Of a DNA stretch of 64,000 bases, positions 1 through 14,454 are shown in pieces. Every line of letters begins with the position of its first letter. Within the stretch, counting starts at the first letter, position 1. The translations under genes were made by a program, and so were the position numbers. The notes under the pieces are model-generated. The model was not told the DNA's origin. It saw nothing but the letters and a program-made list of their open reading frames with translations, and made no database searches. The DNA lies in contig CM060731.1 in the NCBI GenBank assembly GCA_030704615.1, positions 12,462,001 to 12,526,000 on the forward strand. The letters are read 5' to 3'. Origin of the DNA: Takakia lepidozioides (lineage: Eukaryota; Plantae; Bryophyta).

Positions 1-1869
1 ATCATGTGCTACTGACAGAAGTAATGAAGGCATTGAGGCGGTGCTGCCTGTGATTTGACCTCTGAAGATGTAGGAGTTGCGGGGAAAGCAGCTCGGTGGA
101 GGGGCGGCAGTGCCGTCGTTACTCTCATGACCACAATGACAGGGAGGATGAACTTGCAAGGGAAACGGCCTGCTGACAGGGAATAGAAAGGTGGGGTTGC
201 TGGCACAATCAAATGCTAGTTAAAGTGATGGTGCAGCTCCATCACGACGAGCATCTGCCAGAGGTAGGGAGTGCAAACTGATACTGCCGCCATTGCATTC
301 ATGTGCGATTATTGAAAGCTGCACTTGTGGGAGAAGCAATTGCTGCCAGATGACGGGCAGCAATGGGATTACTGACTTGACCACATGTTGATTGATGCAA
401 TCGCCAGCATGAGGGCGTCGGCTTGTGGACAGTGGTACAGGTTATCTGTAAATAAAGAGGCAAAGGAGTGAAATGTATAGAGCAAGAAGCTTTCAGATGA
501 TGACTGTCTGCTTGTTATCATATCAGATCGTAGGGTAGATTAGCAGAGGTGGTAGGATAGGGTAGTTAGTTGGCAAGCGACAAGGTTACTGCCATAGGTT
601 GAAACCGAGCCGTCATGACTCACTGAATGCTTGAATCGACGAATATCTGAAAGGTGGAGTGGCATAGCGATGACAGGATCTGACATACATAGATCTTTGT
701 TTTTACAAACGTGGCATTCAGACGACAAGAGGAGTTAGGGAGCTGCTGACAGAGATGGTGAGGTGCCATTTCGGGCAGGCAATCCCACCGCTTCAGCTGG
801 AGTATAAGACAGCTAAGTTAATAGAAACCTGGGGGGTTTTTTTGACTTAGATAGATGTCGCTGAAATGATTGAAGGCTCTGGAGTTAGTAGAGAGAGTAT
901 GAGAACGTTTTGAAAAATGGAATGGAGTGGTGGCTTGGGCTTCAAACCAGAATGGTGTAGAGAGGATGAGAGATGATGCATGTCTTTGGGGAATGGTGAT
1001 AGAAGGCAGATGCAGCCATCTACAATCAATGCATATATAGTGTTTGTCCTGCTTTTGATTTTAAGATTCAGCACACTAAATCTGGAGCAAACTGTGCATC
1101 AGTGCTTAGAGTTAAACAAGTCTGCAAAATGAACAGTATAGGGAGATTCACCAAGGGAATCTATGTACTTGCTACAGGGTAGAAATGAGGGACAGGGTCT
1201 GTAACTGTCAGCATTAGGGTATGAGAATGAGGAGAGATTTTGTTTGGGAGGAGAGAAAAGCTAAGAGATAAGGTGGTGTGTACTTATGATTCCAAGGAGG
1301 ATTTTTGCGAAAGGTCTCCACTGGATGTGTGCCTTAGTATATTTGCATTGCATGAAGAAGGGTTGTCTGGTCTAATATGGGCACTTGCATCAGAAAGGGA
1401 GAAAACATTGGGAAGAAGAGAGATCTGTTCAGCAAAAGAATGATGAAGGGAGGGCCAGTTGAGAGATAAAGGAAAGACCATGAGTTGCATAGAAATAGCA
1501 GACCTGCACAGTATGGTAGATCCATGTTACCTTGCATTTTCGGTGATTGCATGAGAACAAAGGGGGTTCAAGTAGATGCTACATGCAAATGGTGAACTCA
1601 TAGGCTGTCATTAACCCTCTGGTAAGCTGTTTTGAGTGACTGTATCAGCATGAAAACTAAGCATGGTGCAAGACAGAACCCTAGTCAGGCCTGTTGCACT
1701 ATGCAGGGAACACCTTCACTTGTCCCATCCATGTCTTCTCTTCCGCTGCGGCGTGGATGAGGGCTTTATGAACTCTGATCATAAACAGCATGGATGTAGC
1801 CAACCATGAGAGAGGGAGAACCAGAATACCAACAAGACATTGCACTAAGAACTAGATTAGAATTAGACA

Positions 1870-2871
1870 GAAGGGGATATATGCCCCCTTCTTTTCACAC
1901 TACATTTCCTTTCGGGGCACCGAGTGCCGCTTTGACGTGTGAAGGCCCTCCATTCGATTTCCATGTGCCATTGTCGCCGCGTGGCCTATCCCACTTCTTT
2001 TCCAGTCAGAAGGAGTCACCCTCCCACCGGGTCTTCTTGTGGTTCAGCTCCGTACGGCCTTGTCTTTCGCCCCTAGGGACATCCAAGAAACATTCAGCCC
2101 TTTCAATTGCCTCGTTCAAAGTCTTAGGTGGCTTTTCCTCCAACTTCCGTCTGGCCCATGGGGCCAATCCCGCCACAAAGTTGAAGACCATTTCTGGTTT
2201 TGTCATATCCGCGACTTCGAGCAACAGCACATTGAAAGCCTGAACATATCCCCGAATGTCATCCGTTTGCTTCAAATTCATCATATTGTCCCGGGCGAGC
2301 CAAGACGCGTTGAGGGGCACAAACTGTCTTTTCATAAGTTCCTTGAACCCACTCCAGCTCAAGGTTTCTGGGTTTGGACCTTGGTTATGAAGGCATTTCT
2401 GTCACCATTGTTGAGCATAGCCCCTCAAATAGGTGGGAGCCACTTCCACCCGATCCTCGTCACTCAACTTGGCCGCCCGGAAGTACTGCTCTAGCTCCAA
2501 GAGCCAGGTGTTGAGTGCCTTCCGATTTCGGATGCCCTCAAAGGTGTCGGGTTCCTTAGGCTTCACCTTAAACTTTGCCTTAGTGGAAGTGGCATTAGCC
2601 CCCTTCAACACGTCTTTCAACGTCCAAACTGCGCCAACAACCCTTCCCAAAATGTTGTTGGCATGGGAGACATCTGTGGGATTGGCGGAGCCTCTGGGAA
2701 GTCATCGGGCTCCGACTCCCAAAATTCCTCCCGTTCTTGAGCGGCCTCATTTTCAGAAGCATGAATCGCCTCTTCCAATTGCCGCTTCGGTGACACATTG
2801 CCCCCACCGGACTCACCAGGATCATCATCTTTCGGGCCATTCCGCTTTCGCTTTGTCTTGCCCGACCCCAT
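1870..2871 (-). pseudogene. gag (retrotransposon capsid, degenerate zinc knuckle), broken by stop/frameshift
   Basis: Split across ORFs 2617-2871, 2402-2650 and 2006-2362. A CEKKGH-like knuckle remnant lies near 1880-1905. Confidence 0.8.
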
Positions 2872-2926
2872 GATGAGGCCGATCTCAAGGACGATCGCGT
2901 ACTGAACTCTAAGCTATAATACCAAG

Positions 2927-3650
2927 TGTCGCGCACCTCACTTCGGTAAGCTCCCCTTCAAGTCATAGTTACTCGCTCTGATGCGCACGCCTAACTCCCA
3001 AACTGGCCGCTGGGCCAACTCGGAGCTTCGGCTGCTCACCGGGACATAACGGTCCCCCTTTACTCCTCCACCAGACCCTCACTCAATTTGGGCCTAGTAG
3101 AACTTCCCTTTGGTTGTTGGCAGTCCAGAACAGCTCCCCACACCTTGGTCGCTTTCCGGCTCGCACGCTTACTCACTAGTTTTTTGTCACCAACGGGCTT
3201 GCACCGTTCTCGGGGTTACTACTCCCTATATATACTTATGTGACTGTCCGCGGGGGTTTCACAAATGACCCAGTCATTTTATGGCGAACCACCATGAAGA
3301 CCCTCCATTCCCGGTGATGAGTCGCGGTGAGTCAGGCCCACCCACCACGGCCCCATTGGACCATGATGAGTCCCAAGACTCCCCACGACTCCCACCACAA
3401 GGTCTCCGCCCCATGGTGAGTCCTATGCCACCCCCACTAAGACCCACTAAGCTACCACCACCCCTCGTGGAACCACCCCCACCGCAACCCAGTGTGCGGG
3501 GCTCCACCTAGTGAGCGTCTCTGCCTCCTTGAGTGCCTTGGGCACTCAAGGGTGCTTCAGCCCCCGTACCTATTGTTGCCACTGCCCCCACCACAGGGGC
3601 AGCCCCTCTCGTGTCCCGACCCCCAGCCCTCAAGGCAAAGGGTCGCGACA
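2927..3650 (-). repeat. Long terminal repeat (724 bp)
   Basis: TG...CA termini with a 7-bp inverted repeat, adjacent to a PBS. Confidence 0.85.
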
Positions 3651-4164
3651 TGTTGAGAGTAACTCTGGTCCAGTTCAAGCTGACACTATTGATTTATTTC
3701 AGACTTATGAGACAAGTGCTGAAACCACTAAGGAGACTGTGAGTAGAGAATTGGCCATGAATAGGCGTTTTCCCGTTGATGTTGAAAAATGCAAGGATCC
3801 ATTGACGTGGTGCAGGATGCATGAGGCCAAGTTTCCTACGGTGGGTCTTCTTGCAAGACAAATCCTTGGCATCCCTGGAAGCTGGGTTGAGACGGAGCGC
3901 ATTTTTTCAATTGCAGGAGTGCTCACCGCTCTCGCCGTTCTCGGCTGCAAACTAAAAATCTAGACAAGATGATTTTTGTCTTTAAAAATTGGCCAGATGA
4001 TCCTAGATTGGGTTGCACATCTCCAAAGATATTTAGCAATCTCAATAAAACAGAGGAGAATTTGGTAGACGAGCTTGAGGAGGAATTTGAGGACGAAGTA
4101 GAGAGAGAAGAATTTCCCGAGGTTGAGGATTGCACGTTTGTATAGGAGAGAATTGGGATTGAAT
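3651..4164 (+). pseudogene. hAT transposase C-terminal dimerisation-domain fragment
   Basis: DPLTWCRMHEAKFPTVGLLARQILGIPGSWVETERIFSIAG followed by a frameshifted SRLQTKNLDKMIFVFKNWP, matching the hAT dimerisation signature. Confidence 0.85.
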
Positions 4165-5984
4165 AACGTTGATGAACACCTCAAATATGTTCAACCGTGA
4201 TATAATTTAGGTCAGATTATGGTTCAACTCCTATTGAGACTCTATGATACAAATAACTACTATGGTAGCCTGTGCCATTGGCCCAAGTGTCCAATCCCAA
4301 GTCCAATCCCTTATGTATCCAAGTGTGTCCCCTATGCCGATGCCCATGTGTGAAGAATTGAAATCGATATAGTAAAATGAAGGTGAATGTTTGTTTAGTC
4401 ACAAAGAAATGTGTGATACATGAATGAACAACAAAATGAGCAACAATGTAATGTGATTCAGAGTTTGGAATTTGGTGAAATAGTTAGAATTTTATATTAA
4501 TACTTATGTATATACAATATTCATTATTTTTGGTACATTTTGATCAGGGAGACGGACTGTCAACGAATTTACTGATGTGGTCCAAGAGAGTGCCACATAC
4601 AATTGACCATGAGAGAATACATGTGTTCGAAGATCTAAACCTACATGTTTTACGGATTGTCCCTTTGATTTGTTGATTGTCATAGCAAGAATTTATTGAG
4701 TAGCAAGAATTTCCAGCAACCTTGAAATTCGATAGAAAAAACCAAACAACAACCTCGCTTAATAGATGCATATTCTACCTCGTTTCATATATTGATGTAT
4801 TTATGGGTTTCTATCTTTGCTATTTTTCATGAATTTCCAGCAACCAAAAGTACTTGAAGTTTCATATCTCCTCATACGGTATAAGCTTCAATATATTGTT
4901 TTTCATGAATTTATTGAGTAATCCAATCATTGTCCTAAGAAAGCCCAATTTGCTTTTTTTTTTAGTAGTAATATATCAAATCATTAATGATATATCTCCT
5001 GTCTAGGGTAGCATGTGCCGTTGGCCCAAGTGTCCAGTGTCATCTACGTCCCCTATCTAATCAATTTTTTTTTTCCAGAGAGCCTACACCCAGATTTGAA
5101 CCGGAGACCTTTCCCTTGATATCTCTCTTGTCGAGGCTCCAAACATTGTCCCAAGAATGCCCACTTTGCAGTTTTTCGTGAATTTTCAGCGACCCAAAGT
5201 ACTTGAAATTCCACATCTCCCACACCGCAGGTCCAAAAATCGTGAGACCAAGCCCATGCACCCCTCCTCGTCGAGGGCTTTCCAACGGTACCAAGCACTC
5301 AAGGTGGGGCCCCGCAGTTTGGGACATCTCAAATCTACAAAACAAAACAAACAAAACAAACGTCTCGCTTCATATATTGATTATTCTTTTTCATTAGTAT
5401 TTTTACATTAGATTTTACATTTTTTGGTTTATTTTACATCATTAAAATAAACCATGACTTGTTTGATAACCGGAACTGAACCGCCAGATGCCATCTAGAG
5501 AGAAAGTCCATTTGTCCATAACCGCAAAGGGCTTATAATTTATATTTATTGCTAACCGGCAGGATATCAAAAATGAGAAAGCTCCAAAACTCCGGAACCG
5601 GAGGAGTGAATACAAAGTTAAAGTGAAACATCTGTAACCGCCTGATATCCAAAAAATCAAATAACCGCCCAACACTGGAATACTCCGCAATTGCCTCTTC
5701 ATTACGCTCCCCACTCTTGTATACAGAATACAAATTATAACAATCATAGTTGCAAGCGAAGTGTGAGCATGATCAACTTTTGTAGAGGCAATACAAACAA
5801 TTTTTACAAGTCATTTCACCACCACTCTGAAAACATGGATTACGACTCCATACACTGAGAACAATATGTTCACTTTTAAAAAGAGACAATGATAACCTAT
5901 TGCATGAGTGGCCATGAGTACCCGATATTCCAATGATGGATGTAAACCCATCGAACAGGGATAATCATTCTGGTTCTTGGAGAG

Positions 5985-6150
5985 GGGGTTGGTATCGTGT
6001 GAGCATGACGTGAGCACAACCCACGATCGTAAGGGTTTTATGCTTTTAAACCTCGGTCATAGGAGTTATATGTTTTCAAAACAAAAATAAACCGTAAGCA
6101 AGTATAGAGGACTGGTGCATTTATAGGATACATTTGCACCAATCCAATAA
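5985..6150 (+). mobile_element. End of a non-autonomous DNA element (GGGGTTGGTATC..GTGAGCA family)
   Basis: Homologous to the reverse complement of 44533-44705. Related termini occur at 34663/34930 and 53297/54250. Confidence 0.6.
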
Positions 6151-7756
6151 ACTACCTCTATGCATTTATAAACATTGAATACATTCCAAATAATCATTTG
6201 CAAACCAGACCATATTAAATACTTAAGGAATCATTTTAATATTAAACTATTTTTTATGGTTCACCTTACAAACAACACTATATGGTGGCTATGGTGTACA
6301 AAGATCTTTTAACAGAGTCGAAAAAAGCTTGGGCAAAATGTGTTGCAGACTGTCACATGACTCCAAGGCAGGTGCCAGCAATCCATGCATCATTCAGGAC
6401 GACGTGGGCCTGCCATGGCGTCATTTGTCAAAGCGACGAGCAGGAACACTGTATTTAGAACGCTCTCCCCCCTCAGCGCTGGAGAGACCTCAGAGCTCCA
6501 CTCCACGGCCTCGCAGGAATTTGAGAGAGACGTGAACTGGAAACACGTCAAGCACCCCGCCACTATTTACAGGCTAAATTTTCGTTAAGTGAACGTTTTG
6601 GAAGTCTCTCGGTCAGGCTAGGTTGTTGTGCGAGGTTCGCTCTCTTAGAACACATGATGCACTTAGCAGCAGGTAATGGTCTCCTTCACTGACTACATTT
6701 GTTTGTATGATGCCTCATGGTGCAAAAGGGGTTTTATTTTTTTCCCCTCAATCTGGAATAAATGCAATATTTAACGTTTATAAAAATAAATAAATAAAAA
6801 TAAAAATAAACTCTAATTCACCCAGGGTTTCGCGAGGCGAAACTTTGAATAGTATAGCCAGTTCACCCTAAACCTATAGCAACGGCGGAGGCAAGTTTTG
6901 CATTGAGAAACTTTTGGTGATCTAGTCACAAATAAAGTAGCGGTGGGTTTCGCATTGAGAAACTCTTAGTGATATAGCTTGAATCCAAACTTTCTATAAA
7001 AAAATCCCAACACCCAGAATCCCACATTTGAAATTAGGTTATCACCCGGCTATCACCCGGCTATCAATGCCCAATATCTGGGTAGTCTTAGCATAGTAAG
7101 CATAGTAAAGTGAAAACACGAGTTTCTTGGGGTAGCAGATCTGCCACACTTTGTGGGTGCAGTCGATAACCACATTTGTCAGCTATGTTTTCAAGTTGTA
7201 GGTAGTAGCAGTGACGAAGGATACACACAGATTGTGATACCTTCCGCAATTGCAAGATGGGAAGCTTCGCACGAGTGATAGTTGGGGATAATGATAAGGT
7301 GAATCCCCTTCATCCTAGTCTGCGATGACTTGTAATTGATTGCATTGTACATGTAATTGCTTCAATGTGAGCTGGATTCAGCCGCAATGGCAGATAATGG
7401 ATTTACTGTGGGAGTGTGAATGCAAGGGATTAGTTAGTCTCATCATAAGGCATGCTAGCGATGGGGATAGTCGATGGCGACAACTTATGTTGCAGGACTA
7501 CATTGTGGAAGGATCACAGACTCGCCGCTCTATTGCATGGGATGGATGGAAATTATCTGTCGTCCTCAACGAGGATGAAGAGCCTACTACTTTCCGACTT
7601 TATTCACAACGGTAACATGATGATTAACCCGCTAGACAGCCCTCTCAGGATCCTACCTGAACTGGGTACAAATATTTGTTGTTTAGAACACCTTGGACTT
7701 GTATACAACAAATTCAAGTTTGACGAGCATGGTCTGAAATTGGAAGATATTGTATT

Positions 7757-8460
7757 CACTACAGGAAAAGGGGGGGCCTTTGCGATGCCCGCGCCATGCC
7801 ACAGCGTCGGGAAAACGCCCTTTTCGGGCACGCGGGAGGCGCAGAATTTGCGACGCCGGGCATCGCCCTGCCAGTCGCAAGGGGGTTGCCAAAATGACGT
7901 CGCAAAATGCGACGGTATGGGGTAGCGAGCCCCCGCACCCAACCTCCGCGACCGCTGGACGTCGGTTTTTCAGGCGCGTCCGCGCCGATGGCGAGCCTCT
8001 TCGAGCGACCGTCTCGCTGTCGCGGGCCATCAAGCCGACGGCATTGGTGGGGGCGCTAGCGCGTGGGCTCGCATCCCTTTTTTTTTTTTTCTAAACATCC
8101 CAGGGAGTCAGCCGGGTGGTACGCCAAGCGACTATTGGGCGTGCCCACAAAACAGCAGGAGTCGGTCTCCGCCACGCCGGGCGTGGGTTGTTGCGACGCT
8201 CCGGCGTCGCTTATGTTTTAAATTTAATAAAAAAAAAAAACGGTGGCGCAGGCAGGGTGTGGCGGTCTCCGCGATGCCCTGGCGTCGCGGCTTGCGACCC
8301 CCGGACTAAAAAAACACGTCGCAGGGGGGCTGTCGGGCGTTGCCGCCCCCAATGGGGTTTGCGACGCCCGACCGTCGTGCTTGCGACCCCCGCCCAAAAA
8401 CACGTCGCCATTGGCGACGTGCTCGGCAGTCGCGTGGAGGGCAGCCTGTGTGGGGGGGGT
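7757..8460 (+). mobile_element. CACTA (EnSpm) transposon left end with GC-rich GCGACGCC subterminal repeats
   Basis: Begins CACTACAGGAAAAGGGGGG, with many GCGAC/GTCGC repeats in both orientations. The same terminus occurs at 48282. Confidence 0.75.
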
Positions 8461-11400
8461 TGGGGGTTCATTTTGGGTGAATTGGGGGTTGTTTTTGTTT
8501 TTTTCCTGGTTTGTATTGGGAGGGAGAACTTACAGTTTCATTTCTCTGAGTTAGCAGGTACACAATTGAGCAAGCATGATCGAGGGTTGGGACGGTGCGG
8601 GGACACATGAATAAAGATGGAAGAGGAAAGATGGAAATATATTTACAAGAAATGAGCTGAAAAGCTCACAAGGGTTCAGTAGACTGACCCTGGGACCTAC
8701 ATGGGATAGGACTAGCTCATCCTCATCCTCATCCTCAGTGGAGGACTCAGGAGCTATCCGATGAGCCTGATGACCCGCGCCTTTGCAAGAGCACGTAAAT
8801 AGGGGCCGTTCCCCTAGTCCCACAGAGCTCTCATTCCAATCCTGGGCAATGACCCTCGACCTCATCCAGACTAGTGCCCTGTAGTGCACTCATCCCCTCT
8901 GTGTTGACCATGTTATTCATGAAGGATGCAACCATGCTCATGGGTAGGTGTACGCTACCGAAGATGGCTTCCTCTCACAACGCGCGTTTGCTACACAGCC
9001 ACAAATTTAAAGTCAGTTCTTCGCGATGATGGAGCCAAGAAAGTAGACATAACAAAATCCATAGGGAAGTACGACTTCAAATTGCAAGATAGAAAAACCC
9101 TGGATCGCCGGCGCCCCCAATTGTGTGTGGATACGTACTTGTCAAGGCGGACTGTTGTTGCTTCGCGTGCCCAGTCAAATTTGGCCTTGTTTGCGGCATG
9201 AGTCTCTCCCGCAATGAGTGCATCCACGATTACCTATGCCCCCCCCCCAACAATTAGTGTGAATACAAACATATATTGCATCGAATCCCTCTTAACACAT
9301 GCGAAAAATGGAAGGTTGACATGATCGAAGGATTTGCCAACCTGTGTAATTCCATAAGGTGGTTTGGGTCATGGCCACCTTTCCACTTGGCCATCCGAAT
9401 GATATGTCTGGCACGGACCTCAGGTCTTCAAGTTTTCACCACCACCATCTCCCATCACCCTTGTGTCACTACAATTGCCGGGGAAACGGCGGTCTATTCA
9501 CGGGCATACGCCCTCTTGCGCCAAAGTGCTGACTCAGCCAATAATGTGCAAAGGGAACCACCTCAATGCGAGTTCGAAGGCTGGCTTCTCATAGCCTCCC
9601 AGAACGCACACGCAGGGGTCACCATGGCGATTCACCTCCACGGTGGCACACGATTCTTGCCAACTCCACGTATTGTATCGCAAGGCAATCCATCCTCTCC
9701 CTTCTTGTAGCCTCATTCCCTGCTCCTTGTTTACCCCACTGCCCTCCCCCGAAGCACACATCACCCCTTTCTCTCCATGGGACTTCGTGTTATTTGTTTC
9801 TTTTCCTTCCCCTTATCCACGACCCATCTCCTTCCCCTTCCACGCTACTTCCTCTCTCTCCTTCTCCTCTCCCTTCTCTCCTCTCCTCGGCAGGCCCGTA
9901 ATTGATGGTAAAAGGGATCGCGGGAGGATCGAGGGCCTCTTCTTCTTACCTTTGGTGTTCGGGTCCTCATGAACACCACGTTGCTCTCCCTCATTGGCAA
10001 CCCACTGGACTACACCATTGAGGGCCAGCCATGTTACTGCCTCCTGAAGACAAATAACCCCTCCAAATTCAAAAAAAGAAACCAACAACAAAGAAAATAT
10101 GCTGCAAAGAAATGATAAATCATGGAACAAGGTGCGACAGTTGATACTTTGCAAGCTTGTCTGACTCGCCCCTGGTGTCACCCGATGTAGGAGGAGTCCC
10201 CGTTTCGGATGTGCCCGCTATCACCTCCCGGAGCGCCATGGAAGTAGATCCAGATGTGGAGCATAGCTGGCGGCGGGCCCCGTAGTTCAGGCCCTTCTTT
10301 GCTGAACGCTCAGGTCAGGGGGCGGTGTCGCTGATCGGCTAGGCTGCTCCAAACCGGCCATAACTCCTCATCTCCCACCCCCCCAAATGCGTATCAGGGT
10401 TAGAAGCCTCACCCGGCTGACTTCTTGAGGCGCTTCGCTATCTTGGCCACTTCATGGCCCCTCCTGTTCCTCCTCCTCATCGACAACAATGGGCTGGCAA
10501 TGGAGGTTTTCCAAAGGCCCTGTGAACATGACGTTGGGCTTGGCAAGTGCAGCCTTTGCGGCGGCGGAAGGGGTGGCTATGTGGGGTTGACATCCAAAAG
10601 GTGACCATAACCGGAGCACCCGAACGGGTGATGTGCTTGCCAAGGTAATTTTTCACCGTCTTGTGGCGCGGGGGTGTGCTCAACTGAGCATCCGGCTCAG
10701 CAACAACTCACGAATAGGAGAGTGGCTGGAGCAGGCCCGGCACACCAAGATGTGGACATCCAAGATGTGGACAAGAGGGGGGCACATCCAAGATGTGGAC
10801 AAGAGGGGGGGTATTGGCCTCGGGGGCAGACGAGCCCTCCGGCTGCGGCTGTCGACGGGGCTGGTTAGCCGTGAGACGCCCTGGCGCGTCACACATGCCG
10901 GCAGAGCAAACGGATTGTCCGCCCCTTTCTTTGGGGCAGGGGACTACTTCTCTTTCCCCATAAGCTGGCACTTGTTATGCAAACCCACAAGTTGGCCTCA
11001 TTAGGAACATTCCAGATAAAAAACAAAAAAACCCAAGCATGTCGAGGGCTGAGAGCAGCAAGTGCTCGGGGTCTCGAGAGGGGGCAACAAAGAGAAAAGA
11101 AAAAGGTGGGTGGGGGGGGGTGGGTGACTGAGCACCACCACCAGCTGCTGAGCACCACGGGCTCAGTCACTCCCCCCCCCCCCCTATTTTTTTTTGTTTG
11201 GGTTTCCTGATCTCTCCCTCTCTCTCCCTCTCTCCCTCTCCCTCTGTACAAGGAATTTGCTTGTACTTTTTCCAAAACCCAGGCCGGCTTGGACTAATGT
11301 TGTCTAAACCTTTTTTAATCCACAATGGATGTAATCACGAAAATGGAGGAATTCCATTATAGCAATTTCTCTGATTACTGGGTTCTTTGGATGAGTTTGG

Positions 11401-13231
11401 TCATGAAAACTAAACCCTAATGAAAGCCAGATTCTACTTTTGGATGCCATCACTACTGGATGACATCATGATGGAATTAGGGAAATACTTTACATTGTCT
11501 ATTTTTCATCTATTCTGGATGAAATCGCGAAGGTTTGCCCTATCTCTTCCTCCGCCCTTAAACTCTGCACGATACTCGTGCGTTTTGATTCTGATGGAGC
11601 TGAGAGATGGTGTCAGAGGGATCATTTAAGCACAAATCTTGTGAATCTGATGACTATGGAGAAGCTTTATGACAGCCTGCAAGTGCTCTGGCAAGATTCC
11701 AGTACTTTTCAAATCCCCTTGGGGTATACAAAGGCGGCTGAGCTTCAATTCCCTCAATGAGGTTGTCTCTTCCCTTGGCGGGCAACTTACTTTAAGCTGT
11801 GACTGCTTGCCGTTCCGTTCAATGGTCATTAAGATCCAGCGCCGCTCTTAAACCATCAGGAAGTCCCTTCACCTGATAAAATGCTCGTAGATTTCAGCAA
11901 ACCATTGTTTGTTTGGGCTGTCGATTATCGAGTTCTTGGAGCTATGTCGAATCCTCTTCCACAAACACTTAAGGTTGTGGAATATCTTTGCTTTGCTTTT
12001 GATCTCTTCTTGCTTTCTGAACGCATGTTGTACAACGATAACAAGCGTGAGGCCTGATATTCACCTGGGGTTCCACATCTTCACTAACTTCATTGTTTTT
12101 TAACTGCATGTGATGGGACCAGGTGAGGGCCCTCACTTAATATGATTCATGAAGCTTGCAATTGATTGAAAACTAGCAAGATGAAGTGAAGTCGACTCAA
12201 GCTGTTTCTTCAGGGAGCTGATTCGAATCTGCCCCCATTTCTTGATCTTTCTAGCTATGCTTCCAACTCTTCCTATTGAGCATTAATACATTAGATGAGC
12301 TTTATTAGAACACATACTTTCTATTAAAGACTCTTGCCTTTGATTTCTGCTACACTACGTGATGATGCTGGATTTGCTGTCTTACAGCACAACATGAGCT
12401 TTTTATTTCGGTCTATGGGACTGGTATGATGCTGTGGCTTGAATGATATCAAGCAGCTAAGTAAGAGGACATAAGGAACCACAATCCTTTGTTTTTAGGC
12501 CATGTATGCTGCCTGATGCAGACCATATGGGTTCCTGTCCTTCTCTACTTGTTTGTGACCTTGCAAGTACCTTGCTGGAGTAGATACAGATTGCCCCAAG
12601 ACCTAAAACGGGCTCTGGATAGACTGGCTTTACTATTAAGGCATATACCATGACATGTTTTTCTGGATTTCTTTATAGTCTGTGACTATCAGTAATCGCT
12701 TACTGCTCAAAACCTTTTGAATCCATTTATACACTGGCCCCAGATTGAAACTAGGTCTTGGGACAAAAAACAAGATGTGTGGACTTTCCCTTCATGTGTA
12801 AATAGTTTAGAAGCTGTTTACTGCTCTAATCTAACCATTATGGCTATATGAAAACTGGAACTTCTTCTCCAGTTTATTAATGGGAACATGGGTGGTAATT
12901 ATATGATCCCACCCCCCCCTCCCAGAGATTTCATGAACTGTGAGATCTGTTATATGTCATCAGACTGGTTTATGAATGAAGAGTGACTGATAGTGCCTCG
13001 TTATGAGGCTGATTTGTCATACAAATTGACAAAGACCTTGTTTGGTCTTGTCCATGTCTCGACAAGACATTTTATCTTCCCTCTCTCCCTTAGACCAGTG
13101 TACTGAGTGGTGTCTATACACATTATCAGTCAATCTCCATTCTGTTACCAGATCTGCTTATGACATACTAACCTTTTTTCTGGCCATAACAGAAGGTAAC
13201 CAAACACATCCCTGAATGGAGTGAGGACCTC

Positions 13232-14438
13232 ATGACAATGGGGTACCAGCCCCCTTTACCTCCTCCGATTCCTGTAGTACAAGCTACCTTACTACAAATC
13301 ACTCCAAGTGATTTCCATTCCACTGTGCAAACAATGGATTCTACAGCTATGAATAGTTCAGGTGATGACAACCCTGTTTTATTGCTTGAATTATTAGCCC
13401 TGGAGGATTGGGTAGCTCTTGGAATTTGTGCAAACAGAGGTGGTATGTACCTTGAAAGACTCAAGGATTACAATGCCAAATTGGCTAAGATATTGGAACA
13501 GGATGCTAGTGAACTGTCTTACTGGGAGAAAAAAGGTGTTGTAATTGAAGAAGCACTTAGGATGGCAAACCTGGATGATGAACAGCCTGCTTCCACACAG
13601 AAATCTTCCAATGCCATGGAAAAAGATTTATTCCATCAGTGACTAACCATCCTATTCTAGGGCATATGATTCTGCCTGAAGGAGAAAAGGATGCAGTTAG
13701 GGATTTATGTGAGCAGGTTGAGCTCTCTCAAGTGGAACAAGAAAGGGCTGTTGGAGCAACACCTGGTAACCTACAGTTCGTCCCTTGGTTGCCTCCAAGG
13801 GCCGTGGAGCTTGAGGTTGCAAATAACGACCACATGATGTGGCACCCGCATGCGAACATCAATTTGATGGCTCCCATATCAATTGATATGTGGGTAAAAT
13901 GGGCCAACCTCACACCTGCAGAACGCAATAGGTGTGCAGCAAACGCAAAAGAAGGCTTCCAGAGGTTAAAAAAAGAACCACTTGCGGTCTCATGGCCTTT
14001 GAGGACCTTCTACTACAAAATGTGTGATAAGGGGGACAACATGACTTTGAGGACAAAAAATGACCTCCCGACTGGTTCAGCAAGATCTAAGAACCACAAA
14101 AGTCAGTTGTTTAACTGGCATAGGCCATACATCAGATGCAATAGTGGACAAGGTGGTGCGCCATCAGCATGCATCGGAAGTGTAGCATGGTTCGATCACA
14201 TTGTTTGGTACATGCTAAACAACCTTATGGTGTTCTTCCCTGACGATGCATTTCCTTCTATTCAAACCAAGTATTATAATTTCTTGGTGTGGATGATGAA
14301 AACAGCTAGGTCTGCTGTTCTGGCACAGGTAACCTTTCAGATGACTCGAGAGATTATCATGGAGGCTGCTTGTGAGTTTGCTGCAGATCCTGATGCTAAG
14401 GTCCTTGCCAAAATGGGTGAAGCCAAAGGTGCCAGATA
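13232..14438 (+). pseudogene. Unknown, probably TE-derived coding sequence (136 aa + 275 aa overlapping ORFs) interrupted by the Mutator-like element
   Basis: Two long overlapping ORFs. The second reads into the element terminus at ..GARY, and joining 14438 to 24759 continues in frame (YRWITHNCVFSEIASLL...). No recognisable domain. Confidence 0.45.
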
Positions 14439-14454
14439 CAGGGGGCTGCTATTT

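Larger units (their letters stand above)
1870..3650 (-). mobile_element. Truncated Ty3/gypsy LTR retrotransposon (5' LTR + PBS + disrupted gag)
   Basis: LTR 2927-3650 has perfect 7-bp inverted termini TGTCGCG...CGCGACA. A degenerate Met-tRNA PBS (TGGTATTATAGC on minus, 2913-2924) lies next to it. Gag motifs in ORFs 2402-2650 and 2006-2362 (PDTFEG...LNTWLLELEQYF...YLRGYAQQW; SWSGFKELMKRQF...LKQTDDIRGYVQAF...FVAGL). No pol is seen. Confidence 0.88.

Noticed and set aside
1-1800. Gene remnants in 1-1800 (also 8890-10700, 11600-13100, 34051-34539, 61400-63350)
   Set aside because: Coding-like but heavily degenerate, with no motif I can assign confidently.
7757-8886. Complete CACTA element ending at CCTGTAGTG (8878-8886)
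   Set aside because: Only a 9-bp match, the flanking trinucleotides differ (ATT versus CAC), and there are no subterminal repeats at that end.
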